A stretch of DNA of 61,380 nt, filler included. It is 4 parts of 4 records of this genome, joined end to end, with 100 filler letters (N's around TTAATTAATTAA, not from the genome) between each part and the next. Parts side by side here need not be neighbours in the genome. Positions count along the whole stretch, not along the records: positions 47,524 to 61,380 come from SRR20825006_1234; 3 more parts are not named here. One strand, 5' to 3'. The position numbers and the translations under genes are program-made. Below, piece by piece: positions 50,609-60,776 of the stretch. Under the pieces are notes generated by a model. It was not told the origin of the DNA. It ran no database searches and saw nothing but the letters and a program-made list of their open reading frames with translations. Within the stretch, counting starts at the first letter, position 1. Each line of letters starts with the position of its first letter.

Positions 50609-51761
50609 TAGTATTATTTATATAAAACGAAAATCCATAAAACATCCAAGCTTGTGTCCATCTCATATAAGGGATTTTATTGGTGAAGTATTTTCGCTTT
50701 TGATAATAAAAAGACCCATCTTTAGATTGCATATTATCTATGGTCCAGTTTAAAACGCTATCTACTAGCTTTTTGTGTTTATTTAATACATTAAGCCTAC
50801 TAAGTGTAACTATAAGTTGTGCAGGTGCGTGTATGTCTATTGGATACAAGCTATTATTATAATATTTTGAAGCACCTTCTGCTGTAAAAAAATTATTTAT
50901 ATAATATTCTAATCCTTTTTCTAAGTATGAATTAAAGCTAAGGTCTTTACTTATTTGCTGGTATACGCCAAGGCACTCTAAATTATAGCCTGTATGAAAA
51001 CTATCTACCCATTGGTGATATGGTAATGATCCGTAGGGCCAAGACCCATCTTTTTTTTGGTGAGAACATACATATGTAGCTCCTTTTTTAGCATAGTCTA
51101 AATAGGTGCTGGAAGAGTTGTATTTGTAGGATTCTGAAAGCTGTTTTACAGCTAAAAGAGTTGCGTTTAATACTTGTGTGCTATCTAAAGGAGAATAGGA
51201 AAACGCTATTCCTTTTGTTGTAACTGTCTTATTTAAATCGTTTACAATAAATTCTGATGCGCTTAGTGCTGTATTTAAATATGCTTTTTCTTTTGTGATT
51301 TCATACGCAGAAAAAAGTGCACTTGAAATAAATGAGGTTGCTACTACAGTAGGTGTATTTTTAGGCTGAAAAAAAGCTCTAGCTTGCCAATTAAAATTAT
51401 AGCCCCAACAACTACCTGAATAGCCTTTAACTTGCATCTTTAACAATAGTTTTGAAAAGAAGTGTATCTTTTCAAGGTATTCCTCTTTCGGGTCTGTTAA
51501 ATAAAGGTTACAATAGGATGTTAAAAACAAGCCTAAACCTTTGGTATTGTATTCTTTGGCCACACCCGTAAATGCTCTAAAATTTACAGGATTTCTCTTA
51601 AATGCTTGCAACCAGGCAAGTCTGAGTAATTTACTTTTATTTACAAACGGTATGACATTAAACAATTTACTATTAAGGCCGTCAAAAGGGTCCCAACCTT
51701 TAAACTGTTGAGCTTCACAATATGATTTTAGTTTAATAAAACTGTTTTTAAATTTACTCAA
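50601..51761 (-). CDS. Alpha/alpha-toroid-like protein of polysaccharide loci (function unknown)
   Basis: GWDPFDGLNS, WGYNFNWQ, QKKDGSWPY, WVDSFHTGYNLE and YMRWTQAWM aromatic repeats. Confidence 0.65.
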   Translation of the reverse strand: MSKFKNSFIKLKSYCEAQQFKGWDPFDGLNSKLFNVIPFVNKSKLLRLAWLQAFKRNPVNFRAFTGVAKEYNTKGLGLFLTSYCNLYLTDPKEEYLEKIHFFSKLLLKMQVKGYSGSCWGYNFNWQARAFFQPKNTPTVVATSFISSALFSAYEITKEKAYLNTALSASEFIVNDLNKTVTTKGIAFSYSPLDSTQVLNATLLAVKQLSESYKYNSSSTYLDYAKKGATYVCSHQKKDGSWPYGSLPYHQWVDSFHTGYNLECLGVYQQISKDLSFNSYLEKGLEYYINNFFTAEGASKYYNNSLYPIDIHAPAQLIVTLSRLNVLNKHKKLVDSVLNWTIDNMQSKDGSFYYQKRKYFTNKIPYMRWTQAWMFYGFSFYINNTNE

Positions 51762-51779
51762 ACCGTTTTGGGGATTTTA

Positions 51780-53927
51780 TTACAAATTTATAGTTTGTGG
51801 CATTCCCGTTGTTAATGCATCATGAATTTTAAACGTAGTTAATGTTGTAAGGTATAAGGATTCAAAACTTATTAATTCTGATTCTTTCGAATTTAAGACT
51901 TCAATAAAATTAGTGACCTCTTCTTTGTGTCCTTTTCCAGAGAGTTTCAGTTTTTGAATTTTATTACCACTATGCAAATATCCACTTCTAAAATCTAAAA
52001 TTCTTCCAACCTTGCCGCCACAAAAAACTTCAATTAATTCCTTAGGTAATGACTTATCTCCGTTTGCTAAATACATAATATTTGCTATAGAACCGTTTTG
52101 AAATGTAATAGTGATATTAATATTATCATTTGGCGTAAGTTCTGCATTTTCGGAATTTATAGAGACAGCAGAAACATTAACTGGTTTAGAACCTGTGAAA
52201 AACTGAGCTAAATCTACAAAATGACAAATCTCTCCAATAATTCTTCCACCACCCACATTTGGGTTTTGTATCCAATGTTCTTTTTCTAAAAAGCCCGCAT
52301 TAACTCTAATGTTAACTACTTTAGGTTCTAATGACGATTTAATTTCATCTTTAATTTTTGTTGCTAAACTAGAAAACCTTCTATTATAACCAACCATAAG
52401 CTTACCTGTAGAGTTTTGATAAGCATGTTTTACATCATTTAATTCATTAATAGTCATTGCCAATGGCTTCTCCACAAATACATTTTTATTTTCATAAAGC
52501 GCATTTATGGTATATTTTGCGTGACTATTATGTGGGGTAGCTATAAAGACAGTTTGAATATCTTTATTTGTTAATACATCATCAGGATTAGTTGAAGCCT
52601 TTAAGAAATTAAATTTTTGAGCTACACTTTTTCCGCTAATGCCTTTACTAGTAACGACAGTGTTAAGAGTAGTATTTAAATTTTTGACATTTGGGATTAA
52701 ATAACTTTGGGCAAAACTACCTGCGCCAATAAACCCAACTTGGTTATTTTTTGCCTGTGCTTTTTGTATTGTAGTTATTTGAGAGGTAGCCTTATTGCTA
52801 TCAGGATACTCTAATAATATACCAATATGTGGTTCCTCGGTCTTACCTAATATAATATCATAAGCTTTTAAAGCCTCTGAGATAACAAAAGAATGAGTAG
52901 TTAGATGTTTGATGCTTATCTTACCGCTGGATAGTAATGCTAAGAATGTTTCCATATTTCGTTGTTCGGTATACCTTACGTAAGCATATGGATAATCATT
53001 TCCATTTTCTTCGTAATTTATATCATACCTTCCAGGACCATATGAACAAGACATGCGAAGGTCCAACTCTTTTCTATAAAAATCTGGATCTCTCGGAATA
53101 TCCATTTTTACAGCTCCTACAACAATTACTTTCCCTTTTTTTCTTGTTATTTCTGCAGAAAGCTCAATAGGGTCATTACTTGGCGTAGCTGCAGTTATAA
53201 TTATACTATCAAAACCGTGACCATCTGTAAAAGTAGAAAGCGTACTTTTAAGATTACTATCTGCTCTATTTAAGGCATTGTCTGCGCCATTTTCTTGTGC
53301 AAGTTTGACTAAGTCATTAGACAAATCGATCCCGAAAATTTGACAACCATTAGCTTTAAGCAATTGAATTGTTAATTGCCCTAATAAGCCTAGACCGATT
53401 ACACAAACTTTATCACCTAACCTGGTTTCTGCCTGTCTAACACCTTGTAAGGCAATAGCACCTAATGTTGTATAGCTAGCATCTTCAAAACTTACATTGT
53501 CTGGTATTTTAGCAACTAGATTTTGAGGGATGTTTACAATCTCTGCGTGAGAGGCATAATCTTGCCCTGCACAAGCAACTCTATCTCCTGGTTTAAACTT
53601 ACCATTGCTGTCCATAGATGCTCTTACAACTCCAGATGTACTATATCCTAGAGCCTTTAAAGAATCTAGTTTTGTTTTTACTTTGTTTAAAGTTGCTTTT
53701 AAGCCCTCCTTTTTTACATTTTGTAGTACTTGAGCTACTAAGTCTGGACGTTGTCTGGCTTTTCCTATAAGATTGGCTTTACCAACTTTAACTGTGCCGC
53801 GTTCAGTACCAGCGCTTATTAAAGAAAATTTATTTTCTACTAAAACAGTATTTTGAGAAATTGATGGTACAGGAACATCATCTACATATAAATCTCCTGT
53901 CTTAAAATTTTGAATTAACTGTTTCAT
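51780..53927 (-). CDS. Bi-domain oxidoreductase (Zn-ADH-like + Gfo/Idh/MocA)
   Basis: SLISAGTE, GAIALQGVR, IGLGLLG and SCSYGPGRYD, then IGAGSFA, VFVEKPLA, VGYNRRF and GEICHF. Confidence 0.9.
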   Translation of the reverse strand: MKQLIQNFKTGDLYVDDVPVPSISQNTVLVENKFSLISAGTERGTVKVGKANLIGKARQRPDLVAQVLQNVKKEGLKATLNKVKTKLDSLKALGYSTSGVVRASMDSNGKFKPGDRVACAGQDYASHAEIVNIPQNLVAKIPDNVSFEDASYTTLGAIALQGVRQAETRLGDKVCVIGLGLLGQLTIQLLKANGCQIFGIDLSNDLVKLAQENGADNALNRADSNLKSTLSTFTDGHGFDSIIITAATPSNDPIELSAEITRKKGKVIVVGAVKMDIPRDPDFYRKELDLRMSCSYGPGRYDINYEENGNDYPYAYVRYTEQRNMETFLALLSSGKISIKHLTTHSFVISEALKAYDIILGKTEEPHIGILLEYPDSNKATSQITTIQKAQAKNNQVGFIGAGSFAQSYLIPNVKNLNTTLNTVVTSKGISGKSVAQKFNFLKASTNPDDVLTNKDIQTVFIATPHNSHAKYTINALYENKNVFVEKPLAMTINELNDVKHAYQNSTGKLMVGYNRRFSSLATKIKDEIKSSLEPKVVNIRVNAGFLEKEHWIQNPNVGGGRIIGEICHFVDLAQFFTGSKPVNVSAVSINSENAELTPNDNINITITFQNGSIANIMYLANGDKSLPKELIEVFCGGKVGRILDFRSGYLHSGNKIQKLKLSGKGHKEEVTNFIEVLNSKESELISFESLYLTTLTTFKIHDALTTGMPQTINL

Positions 53928-54002
53928 TTAAAAAGGTATTTGAATGCGAAAATACGTTATTTCATATGTTAGTGAAAGGAATTATCTTTCATATAAAAGT
54001 AT

Positions 54003-55010
54003 CTACTCGTATAATAAAGCTTTGTATTTTAGGATTAATTCCTTGTGATACTCTAAGTTTTCCTTTTCTTTTAATATTTCTTGTTTTGGAGTGTTTAAAA
54101 CAAATTCTACAGCTTTTTGAAGCCCGTTTAAATCAGTCTTATTAAATAAAATGGTTCCTTTAGGCCTTTTACAAACATTAGTGGCAATTGCAGGCACTCC
54201 TAAATCCATTGCTTCTTGTAGTGCGATACCGTACCCATCTTTCTTATTGGTTTTTAATAAGAATTTACAATTATGAACATACTCTACAACTTGTTTTTCA
54301 AAAAGAATCACTACGTGATTTTTGAGATGATATTTGTTTATTAGAGTATTTAAATAATTAATATCACTGTCTTCTTGCGTGCCAATAAAAAGCAACATTT
54401 TAAAGTTTAATTTGTTTAATTTTAAAAATGATAGAGCAAGTGGTAAATCATATATATCTTCAGAAAGTTCTTGTGTGCATTTCCAAATACTAAATGCAAA
54501 ATAGATAGATGTATTATCTTTTTTAAGTTCAATTTTTCTTGAAGGTTTTGGAGGTACATATGCTGGCAAATAAGAACACTTTATATTATTTTTTAAAAAG
54601 AAATCATAAAGTTCTTTAGACACAGTAATTACTTCACATTCTTTTGTGTGCTTAATGAAATATACACATGCCTTTTTAAAAATAGAATTATAGAATAAAA
54701 ATCTTTCAGAATGAATTGTGATAATTATTGGTGTACTATTAATTTTTGAGAAAACCCAATAATATAAATAATGAAATTTAAAAAATTGATGAAAATGTAT
54801 TGCCTTAAACCCTTTTAGGTATAGCATTTTAAAATACCATAATTTACTTTTTTCTGTAACCACTACATTTTCTCCAGAAGCGTGGCCGTGATTAAATATT
54901 TGAAAATCAATATTTTCTTTAATCAAGTGTTTTTCTATTCTAGAGATATGAATAGAAACACCTCCAATTGGTGGCGGATAAGGTCCAAAAATAGCTAAGC
55001 CTTTATTCAT
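54003..55010 (-). CDS. Glycosyltransferase family 4-like
   Basis: GPYPPPIGGVSIH and DGYGIALQEAMDLGVPAIATNV. Confidence 0.85.
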   Translation of the reverse strand: MNKGLAIFGPYPPPIGGVSIHISRIEKHLIKENIDFQIFNHGHASGENVVVTEKSKLWYFKMLYLKGFKAIHFHQFFKFHYLYYWVFSKINSTPIIITIHSERFLFYNSIFKKACVYFIKHTKECEVITVSKELYDFFLKNNIKCSYLPAYVPPKPSRKIELKKDNTSIYFAFSIWKCTQELSEDIYDLPLALSFLKLNKLNFKMLLFIGTQEDSDINYLNTLINKYHLKNHVVILFEKQVVEYVHNCKFLLKTNKKDGYGIALQEAMDLGVPAIATNVCKRPKGTILFNKTDLNGLQKAVEFVLNTPKQEILKEKENLEYHKELILKYKALLYE

Positions 55011-56232
55011 GACTTTGCCTTATAAAATAACAATAAAAGAAACTCAAAAATAAAAGCCCTTTAGATAAGAACAATGTTTCTGTAAAACTAGCTAGTACAA
55101 TAATTAAGAAGAAGCCTAAAATAGTATAACTTTTACTTCCTTTAAGCAGCAGAAACAGCATCCAAACATATGAGCCAAGTAAAATAAAACCACCTTCAAG
55201 CCAGGTTTCTAAATATGTACTATGTGTGTTATAATCTTTTTCTAAAAATGAAGTATGCCCGTTTTTTTCATAAACACTTCTCAATACTCTTTTTCCCGAG
55301 CCTGTACCGTGTCCAAAAAAAGGTTGTTCCTTAATTGCTACAAAGGCATCACTCCACAATAACATTCTGCCCTGTTCGATATCATTAGAGTTCTTGATAG
55401 AATTTGAATCGTTATATTGATAATCATAATTTACACCAATTGTATAGTAAACACGCTCTTTAATTATAGGGATTTGTAAACAGATAACTCCTAAAACTAT
55501 AAGAGAAATAATAGTTGTTGCTACTGCTTTAAGTTTTACTTTAAGTGATTGCTTATGATATGCTTTGTAGATAAATAATCCAACAAGGATTAAATATATA
55601 CCATAACAAATGCGACTACCTAGTATTAAAATAAAAAATGAAAAGCTTAAAAATAGCAACCACTTTACCCAATCATTTTTAAAAAGATTGAGGCTTTTAT
55701 CTATTATAAATACAATGGCTAACAGTGTATACATACCTATGTATGTAGGATGTTGATCAAAAATTTTTAGAAAATCGAACCTATAAAAGAAATACCAGTT
55801 AAAAGGACCGCCTTCTATTGAAAATTGTACTTGCCTAAAAATTGCAACAGCTAAGCATATTACTAGAAATATTAAAACAGCCAAGGAGAACCCTTTTGTT
55901 ATAAAACGATTTTCCTTAAGATTGAAGGGTTTAGTCGTGCCAAAGATAATGGGATATATAAAAAGCGGAAGTGCTCTTGATATATCTTCTAATCCCTGAG
56001 AAATATTATTAGAGTGAAATAAGAATACTACTGTAATTGAGAAGAATAAAATTGGCGCCCAAAACTTTTTACTTTGGAAAAATCCTAAAAAGCTTATCTT
56101 CTTAATATTGCATAAATAGCCAAAACAAAATAAGATCATTCCTAATGATCCTGTAAATGTTGAATAAATATACCCTGTTGATGCTATGAGAGCACCAAAA
56201 ATTAAAAACCATCTTAAGTTAATGCTAGGCAT
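55003..56232 (-). CDS. O-antigen ligase/Wzy_C-family membrane protein
   Basis: Multi-TM; HPTYIG, LGSR, RMLLW..A, PFFGHGTG and HSTYLE. Confidence 0.82.
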   Translation of the reverse strand: MPSINLRWFLIFGALIASTGYIYSTFTGSLGMILFCFGYLCNIKKISFLGFFQSKKFWAPILFFSITVVFLFHSNNISQGLEDISRALPLFIYPIIFGTTKPFNLKENRFITKGFSLAVLIFLVICLAVAIFRQVQFSIEGGPFNWYFFYRFDFLKIFDQHPTYIGMYTLLAIVFIIDKSLNLFKNDWVKWLLFLSFSFFILILGSRICYGIYLILVGLFIYKAYHKQSLKVKLKAVATTIISLIVLGVICLQIPIIKERVYYTIGVNYDYQYNDSNSIKNSNDIEQGRMLLWSDAFVAIKEQPFFGHGTGSGKRVLRSVYEKNGHTSFLEKDYNTHSTYLETWLEGGFILLGSYVWMLFLLLKGSKSYTILGFFLIIVLASFTETLFLSKGLLFLSFFYCYFIRQSHE

Positions 56233-56237
56233 AACAA

Positions 56238-57449
56238 TTATGTTTTTTTAGATATGTTTTTAGTGTAACTATTTACCATTATAATTAAAAAAACAAAATG
56301 GATTGTTGCTATTCCACTTTCAAAAAAATGACCTGCAGTTGCTATAATTAGACTTAAACAAACACCAAAAAATATTTTAAAGTCCTTTTGAAAATTTAAA
56401 AGCATGAACAATTTATAGAATACGTATAAATATAAAATGGTTCCTATTATTCCAAAAAATAAAAATACATCAATGAAACCCATTTCACTATAAAACGCAG
56501 TTACATCTTGACCACCAATAAGTAGGTTAGGTAGTTGCCAGTATTCAAAAATTAATGGAAATATTTTTTTTTCAAAATATATGTTTCTACCAGAAAGTAA
56601 TGCAGTTATTAGACCATCTTTTCTATAAACATTTAAAAAAACATTTAATGAATTCAATACAATTTTATTGATTATAGTGGAAAATAAGAGGTATCCTAAG
56701 ATTCCAAATGTAACAAAATATGTTACTAGTTTTTTAAGGGGCACATTTTTAAACAAATGAAAAAGCAGTAATAATATAAGGTACAGGTAAACTGCTTTTG
56801 TTGCTACAATTAAAGAGGTTAAAAGAACAACCCAAAACAAAAACTCTTTTATGCCTTGGTAAAATCTCCTATAATAAAATAGTGAGATGGCTATTATGAA
56901 TATAAAAGACGCCTCATTTTGAGCAAACACTAAGCCGTCATAACCAAAGCGCCAAGGACCACTGTAAGTACTTAAAAACTCTATAGAAAAAATAAACCCA
57001 ACTATAATTAAGATAGAGTTAATGCCAATGATTAAACGGTAACTGTTTGGGATGATATTTGGTCTCTTATTAAGTTTAACAATATCTGTAACTGCCAGAT
57101 ATAAAATTAAGGGTAGAAAATATTTAAAAAGGGTATTAAAATTCTCAAAAAAATTAAGTTCAGGATAATTAATGCTTAAAAAGTATTGACCAACTAAAAA
57201 ACAGCTAAATAAAGTTAGCATTATAATTAGTACGCTTATTTTTTGTTTGGTGAATAAAAAGCAACCGTAAAGAAGAAAAAATATTTCCATAAGGCCTTTA
57301 AATATAGCACTATACCTATGAAACCCTAAATCATTTCTTTCTATAATTTTGCCAAGTCCATCTGAAAAATAAAACAACAAGAAACCTATAGCTAATACAT
57401 AAGCAGCAAAAAGACTTAGCGTTTTTCTTGTTAATTTACCTTTGTACAT
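56238..57449 (-). CDS. Putative Wzy polymerase (multi-TM)
   Basis: Very hydrophobic; NEAS, ATKA, LSGR and SEMGFIDVFLFFGIIG; within a wzx/wzz cluster. Confidence 0.6.
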   Translation of the reverse strand: MYKGKLTRKTLSLFAAYVLAIGFLLFYFSDGLGKIIERNDLGFHRYSAIFKGLMEIFFLLYGCFLFTKQKISVLIIMLTLFSCFLVGQYFLSINYPELNFFENFNTLFKYFLPLILYLAVTDIVKLNKRPNIIPNSYRLIIGINSILIIVGFIFSIEFLSTYSGPWRFGYDGLVFAQNEASFIFIIAISLFYYRRFYQGIKEFLFWVVLLTSLIVATKAVYLYLILLLLFHLFKNVPLKKLVTYFVTFGILGYLLFSTIINKIVLNSLNVFLNVYRKDGLITALLSGRNIYFEKKIFPLIFEYWQLPNLLIGGQDVTAFYSEMGFIDVFLFFGIIGTILYLYVFYKLFMLLNFQKDFKIFFGVCLSLIIATAGHFFESGIATIHFVFLIIMVNSYTKNISKKT

Positions 57450-57456
57450 TTTCTCT

Positions 57457-58425
57457 TTAGTTTTTAAATAAACCATACATTCTTGCTGCAAAAACAGGAG
57501 ATATTACAAGCAGGATTTTTTCCTTAAACCCAACTTTTTTTGCTTTAAAAACCTTCCATCTATATTTATTGAACGTGTTAATCATAATTTTAATGGCACT
57601 TTTTCTTAAGTCTGCATTATCTGATTTAAATATGGTCTTACTTAATATGCTAGCAAATCCTGTAAAGAAAATTTTTTCTACAATAGGGTTAATTTCTTCT
57701 TGCTGCGTAGATAAATATATGCTTTCTAGGTCTTGAACCAATTCTAAGGATTCTTTTATATGACTATCGGATATTTTTGACGTCATAACAGAATTTTCTC
57801 TTATGTAATAGTTGTAGAACGCAAAATCAATATTTTTAACACGTTTAGCTTTTCTAAACATAGAGATCACAAAGCTTACATCTTCATACCTACGCTCAGC
57901 AAAACACACACCTGTACTTTTAATAAAGTCTGTTTTCCATAATTTGTCCCAAATTACTATCGAAATATTTGGAAGATTATTAAAATAATACTGGCCAGTT
58001 ACAATATCTTCTTGACGCTTGAAATTTTCAGGTTTTAATTTTTTACAGTCATTATCAACCTTATAAAATCTCCCTTCTAGAATATCTAAATTTTGAGCTA
58101 TAGAGTCATTATAAAGAACTTCAAACGTTTTTTCATGTATTATATCATCACTATCTAAGAAATAAATGTAGTCGCCTTTAGCCAAAGAAATTCCTCTGTT
58201 TCTCGAATAACCAGCGCCTCTATTAAATTCATTCTTTAATAAAATAACTCTAGAATCCCTCTTGGCAAAATCCTCTATTAACTCTAATGAATTATCAGTA
58301 GATCTGTCATTAATAAAAATAACCTCAAAGTCTTTAAAGGTTTGACTTAGTAATGAATTAAAAGTATCTTCAATGTATTTACTTGCATTAAATACAGGTA
58401 TAATAACTGTTATTTTTACATTCAT
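57457..58425 (-). CDS. Glycosyltransferase family 2
   Basis: TVIIPVFNA, INDRSTDNS, SRNRGI, FLDSDD and YEDV. Confidence 0.93.
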   Translation of the reverse strand: MNVKITVIIPVFNASKYIEDTFNSLLSQTFKDFEVIFINDRSTDNSLELIEDFAKRDSRVILLKNEFNRGAGYSRNRGISLAKGDYIYFLDSDDIIHEKTFEVLYNDSIAQNLDILEGRFYKVDNDCKKLKPENFKRQEDIVTGQYYFNNLPNISIVIWDKLWKTDFIKSTGVCFAERRYEDVSFVISMFRKAKRVKNIDFAFYNYYIRENSVMTSKISDSHIKESLELVQDLESIYLSTQQEEINPIVEKIFFTGFASILSKTIFKSDNADLRKSAIKIMINTFNKYRWKVFKAKKVGFKEKILLVISPVFAARMYGLFKN

Positions 58426-59687
58426 CTAATTTGCTTTAAAACTTTCCAAAGAAAAAACAGAGAACATATCATAAGAAGACCTTCTGAAATAATCCTCAAA
58501 TAAATTGCACCCATAGCACCAAATGATGGTATAACTAAATAACTAGAGGCTATGATACAAATAGTAAATACAATGTGTATTTTTAGAAAGAGCTTATCCT
58601 TGTGTAAACTTAATAAACCTTGGTAAGCAAACAAATTGGTAAGTGTGGAAAGTACAGGTAAAAAAATGTAAACTTTTAAGGCATTAGTACTATTTAAAAA
58701 ACTTTCCCCAAAAACCAATAGGATTATTTCTTTTGCAAAAACATGTATGACTAACGCGGCACTTAAAGTGCATAATATTAATACAATAGCAACTAAAGTA
58801 ATTTGTTTGGTAAACTTTTGAATATTACTTAGTGCAATTTTTGCAATATGAGGAAAAAAAGCTTGACTAAATGGTAGAAGAATTAATGCCTGCAACGTCA
58901 TTGTAATCTTATTTGCAGTAGAGAAGACACCAAGTTCTTCTTCTGTTGCAAAGTCTTTAAGTAGCACAAATGCATAACTTGCAAAAAATGTAACTAGTAT
59001 TGTTGAGGCAAAAACTTTAAATCCAGATCTATAAGTTTCTATTAAGTCCTTTATGCTAACTTTTACAATCTTAATATTATGTTTTTTAAACATTAAAGCA
59101 ACTACGATTAAACCAGAAGCTATTTGTGCTATTGAGAGGAAAAGATTATATAAAAAATAGTCTTCTTTACTTTTAAGCAATAAAATTACAGCTCCTAAAA
59201 TTCCAATCTTCACAAAGAAATTAATGTAAGCAATCTTAGTTATCTTTTCTACACCTAAGTAATACCATAATGGGAATATAAAATGCCCTACATTTATTAA
59301 AAAAGTTACCCACAGCAATTTTGTAATGTCTTGTAGAGAGTCATCCCATTTAAGAAAAATATAAAATATGATTGTAGAAATGCAAAGCAGTAATAGCTTA
59401 GCGCAATATGTTTTACTTACAATTTTATTAAGCTTTTCTAAAGAGTCTCTATTAATTGAGATTTCCCTAGTAATGGTAATATTAAACCCGTAGTTAATTG
59501 CTACTGTAAAATATAATATGAATATTGTAGCATATTCTAGTCTACCATAATTTTCTATTCCAACAACTCTAGTTACATAGGGTATTATGAGTAGTGGGAT
59601 GATAAAGTTTGCTACTTGTATAAAAAGTAGTGATGATATGTTTTTAGTTAACTTATGGTTGAGTAAAGACGCTAAGTAGGCTTTCAA
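58422..59687 (-). CDS. wzx: Wzx flippase
   Basis: About 12 TMs; QVANFIIPLLIIPYVTRVVG..YG, NYGF and FPLWYYLG. Confidence 0.88.
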   Translation of the reverse strand: MKAYLASLLNHKLTKNISSLLFIQVANFIIPLLIIPYVTRVVGIENYGRLEYATIFILYFTVAINYGFNITITREISINRDSLEKLNKIVSKTYCAKLLLLCISTIIFYIFLKWDDSLQDITKLLWVTFLINVGHFIFPLWYYLGVEKITKIAYINFFVKIGILGAVILLLKSKEDYFLYNLFLSIAQIASGLIVVALMFKKHNIKIVKVSIKDLIETYRSGFKVFASTILVTFFASYAFVLLKDFATEEELGVFSTANKITMTLQALILLPFSQAFFPHIAKIALSNIQKFTKQITLVAIVLILCTLSAALVIHVFAKEIILLVFGESFLNSTNALKVYIFLPVLSTLTNLFAYQGLLSLHKDKLFLKIHIVFTICIIASSYLVIPSFGAMGAIYLRIISEGLLMICSLFFLWKVLKQIR

Positions 59688-59702
59688 AATATAATTGCCT
59701 TT

Positions 59703-60770
59703 TTAAAGTTTTCTAAACGTCCACTTATTTACGGTTTCTTCTCTAGACAGATATTTAAAAAATTCAATTATGAGTAAGATTATAATTGCACCAAAAACAA
59801 AATAAAGGATACTAAATATTTTATTAGTTGATTTAGGTTTTACACCAGTTTTTTCAAATTTCTTAATAACGTTAATAATATTTTCACTCCTACTTATTTT
59901 TTCATCAATCATAAAAAGCTCATCTCTTATAAGCTTCTCATTTTCATATAACACTTGTTCTTCACTAACTCCAGAATTTCCACCCATCTCAAAAATATTT
60001 CTCGAACCATTTGTATTATTGTTCTCGGCCTGTTTAACTAAAGCTTTGCGTTTTGCTGCGCGTGTAGAGTCTATGTTACTAAGAGACTTCTCTAAAAGAG
60101 CTCTTTTTCTTAAATACATTTCTTGGTTTCTATATTTACTTAACTCCAAGTTGTCAAAATTTGAAAAATCCCATAACTTTTCATTTAAATCCTCAAATAC
60201 ATCCTTATCGCCAGAAACAACTTTTATCTCGTATTCCTTATAGTCTTCAAAGCGTAAATCTTCCTCATATTCATCAAAGGTAAAAGAACTCTTTATAGTC
60301 GAATCTGTTTCGTAGATATAATCGTAATATTCAAAACGCATCCTATTCATGCTATAAAATGGTTTTATATCAAAATCATAAATAGAAGCAGCTTCTTCAG
60401 GAGTGATTTCAAGCCTTCTACCAAGCTCGATCGTGTCATTATTTTCAATTAATTGTTTGTATTCTTCTAATCTACTTTTAAGTTGGAGTTCTACTTGAAA
60501 GTTAGTTTGGAGTATAGCTTGAGATTCATAAACATCTGCGCCTAACTTATCTGAAATACTAGTGTATACAAGACCTAAAACGAAAGCAATTAAGATGTAA
60601 ACAATTTTCTTTCTAATAAATATTAGTAAGCGCATAATTAATGCAAATAAATTGTAAAGAATTTTTCCAAAGAAATTGAACACTCTTTTAAACCCATTAC
60701 CAATAATTGTGAAGATTCCTATTAAATCTACCTCTTCATTGGTTTGCTTATTAGTGTTATGTTCACTCAT
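59703..60770 (-). CDS. Wzz-like chain-length determinant
   Basis: EEVDL N-terminus; two terminal TMs flanking a periplasmic coiled coil. Confidence 0.75.
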   Translation of the reverse strand: MSEHNTNKQTNEEVDLIGIFTIIGNGFKRVFNFFGKILYNLFALIMRLLIFIRKKIVYILIAFVLGLVYTSISDKLGADVYESQAILQTNFQVELQLKSRLEEYKQLIENNDTIELGRRLEITPEEAASIYDFDIKPFYSMNRMRFEYYDYIYETDSTIKSSFTFDEYEEDLRFEDYKEYEIKVVSGDKDVFEDLNEKLWDFSNFDNLELSKYRNQEMYLRKRALLEKSLSNIDSTRAAKRKALVKQAENNNTNGSRNIFEMGGNSGVSEEQVLYENEKLIRDELFMIDEKISRSENIINVIKKFEKTGVKPKSTNKIFSILYFVFGAIIILLIIEFFKYLSREETVNKWTFRKL

Positions 60771-60776
60771 AGTGCT

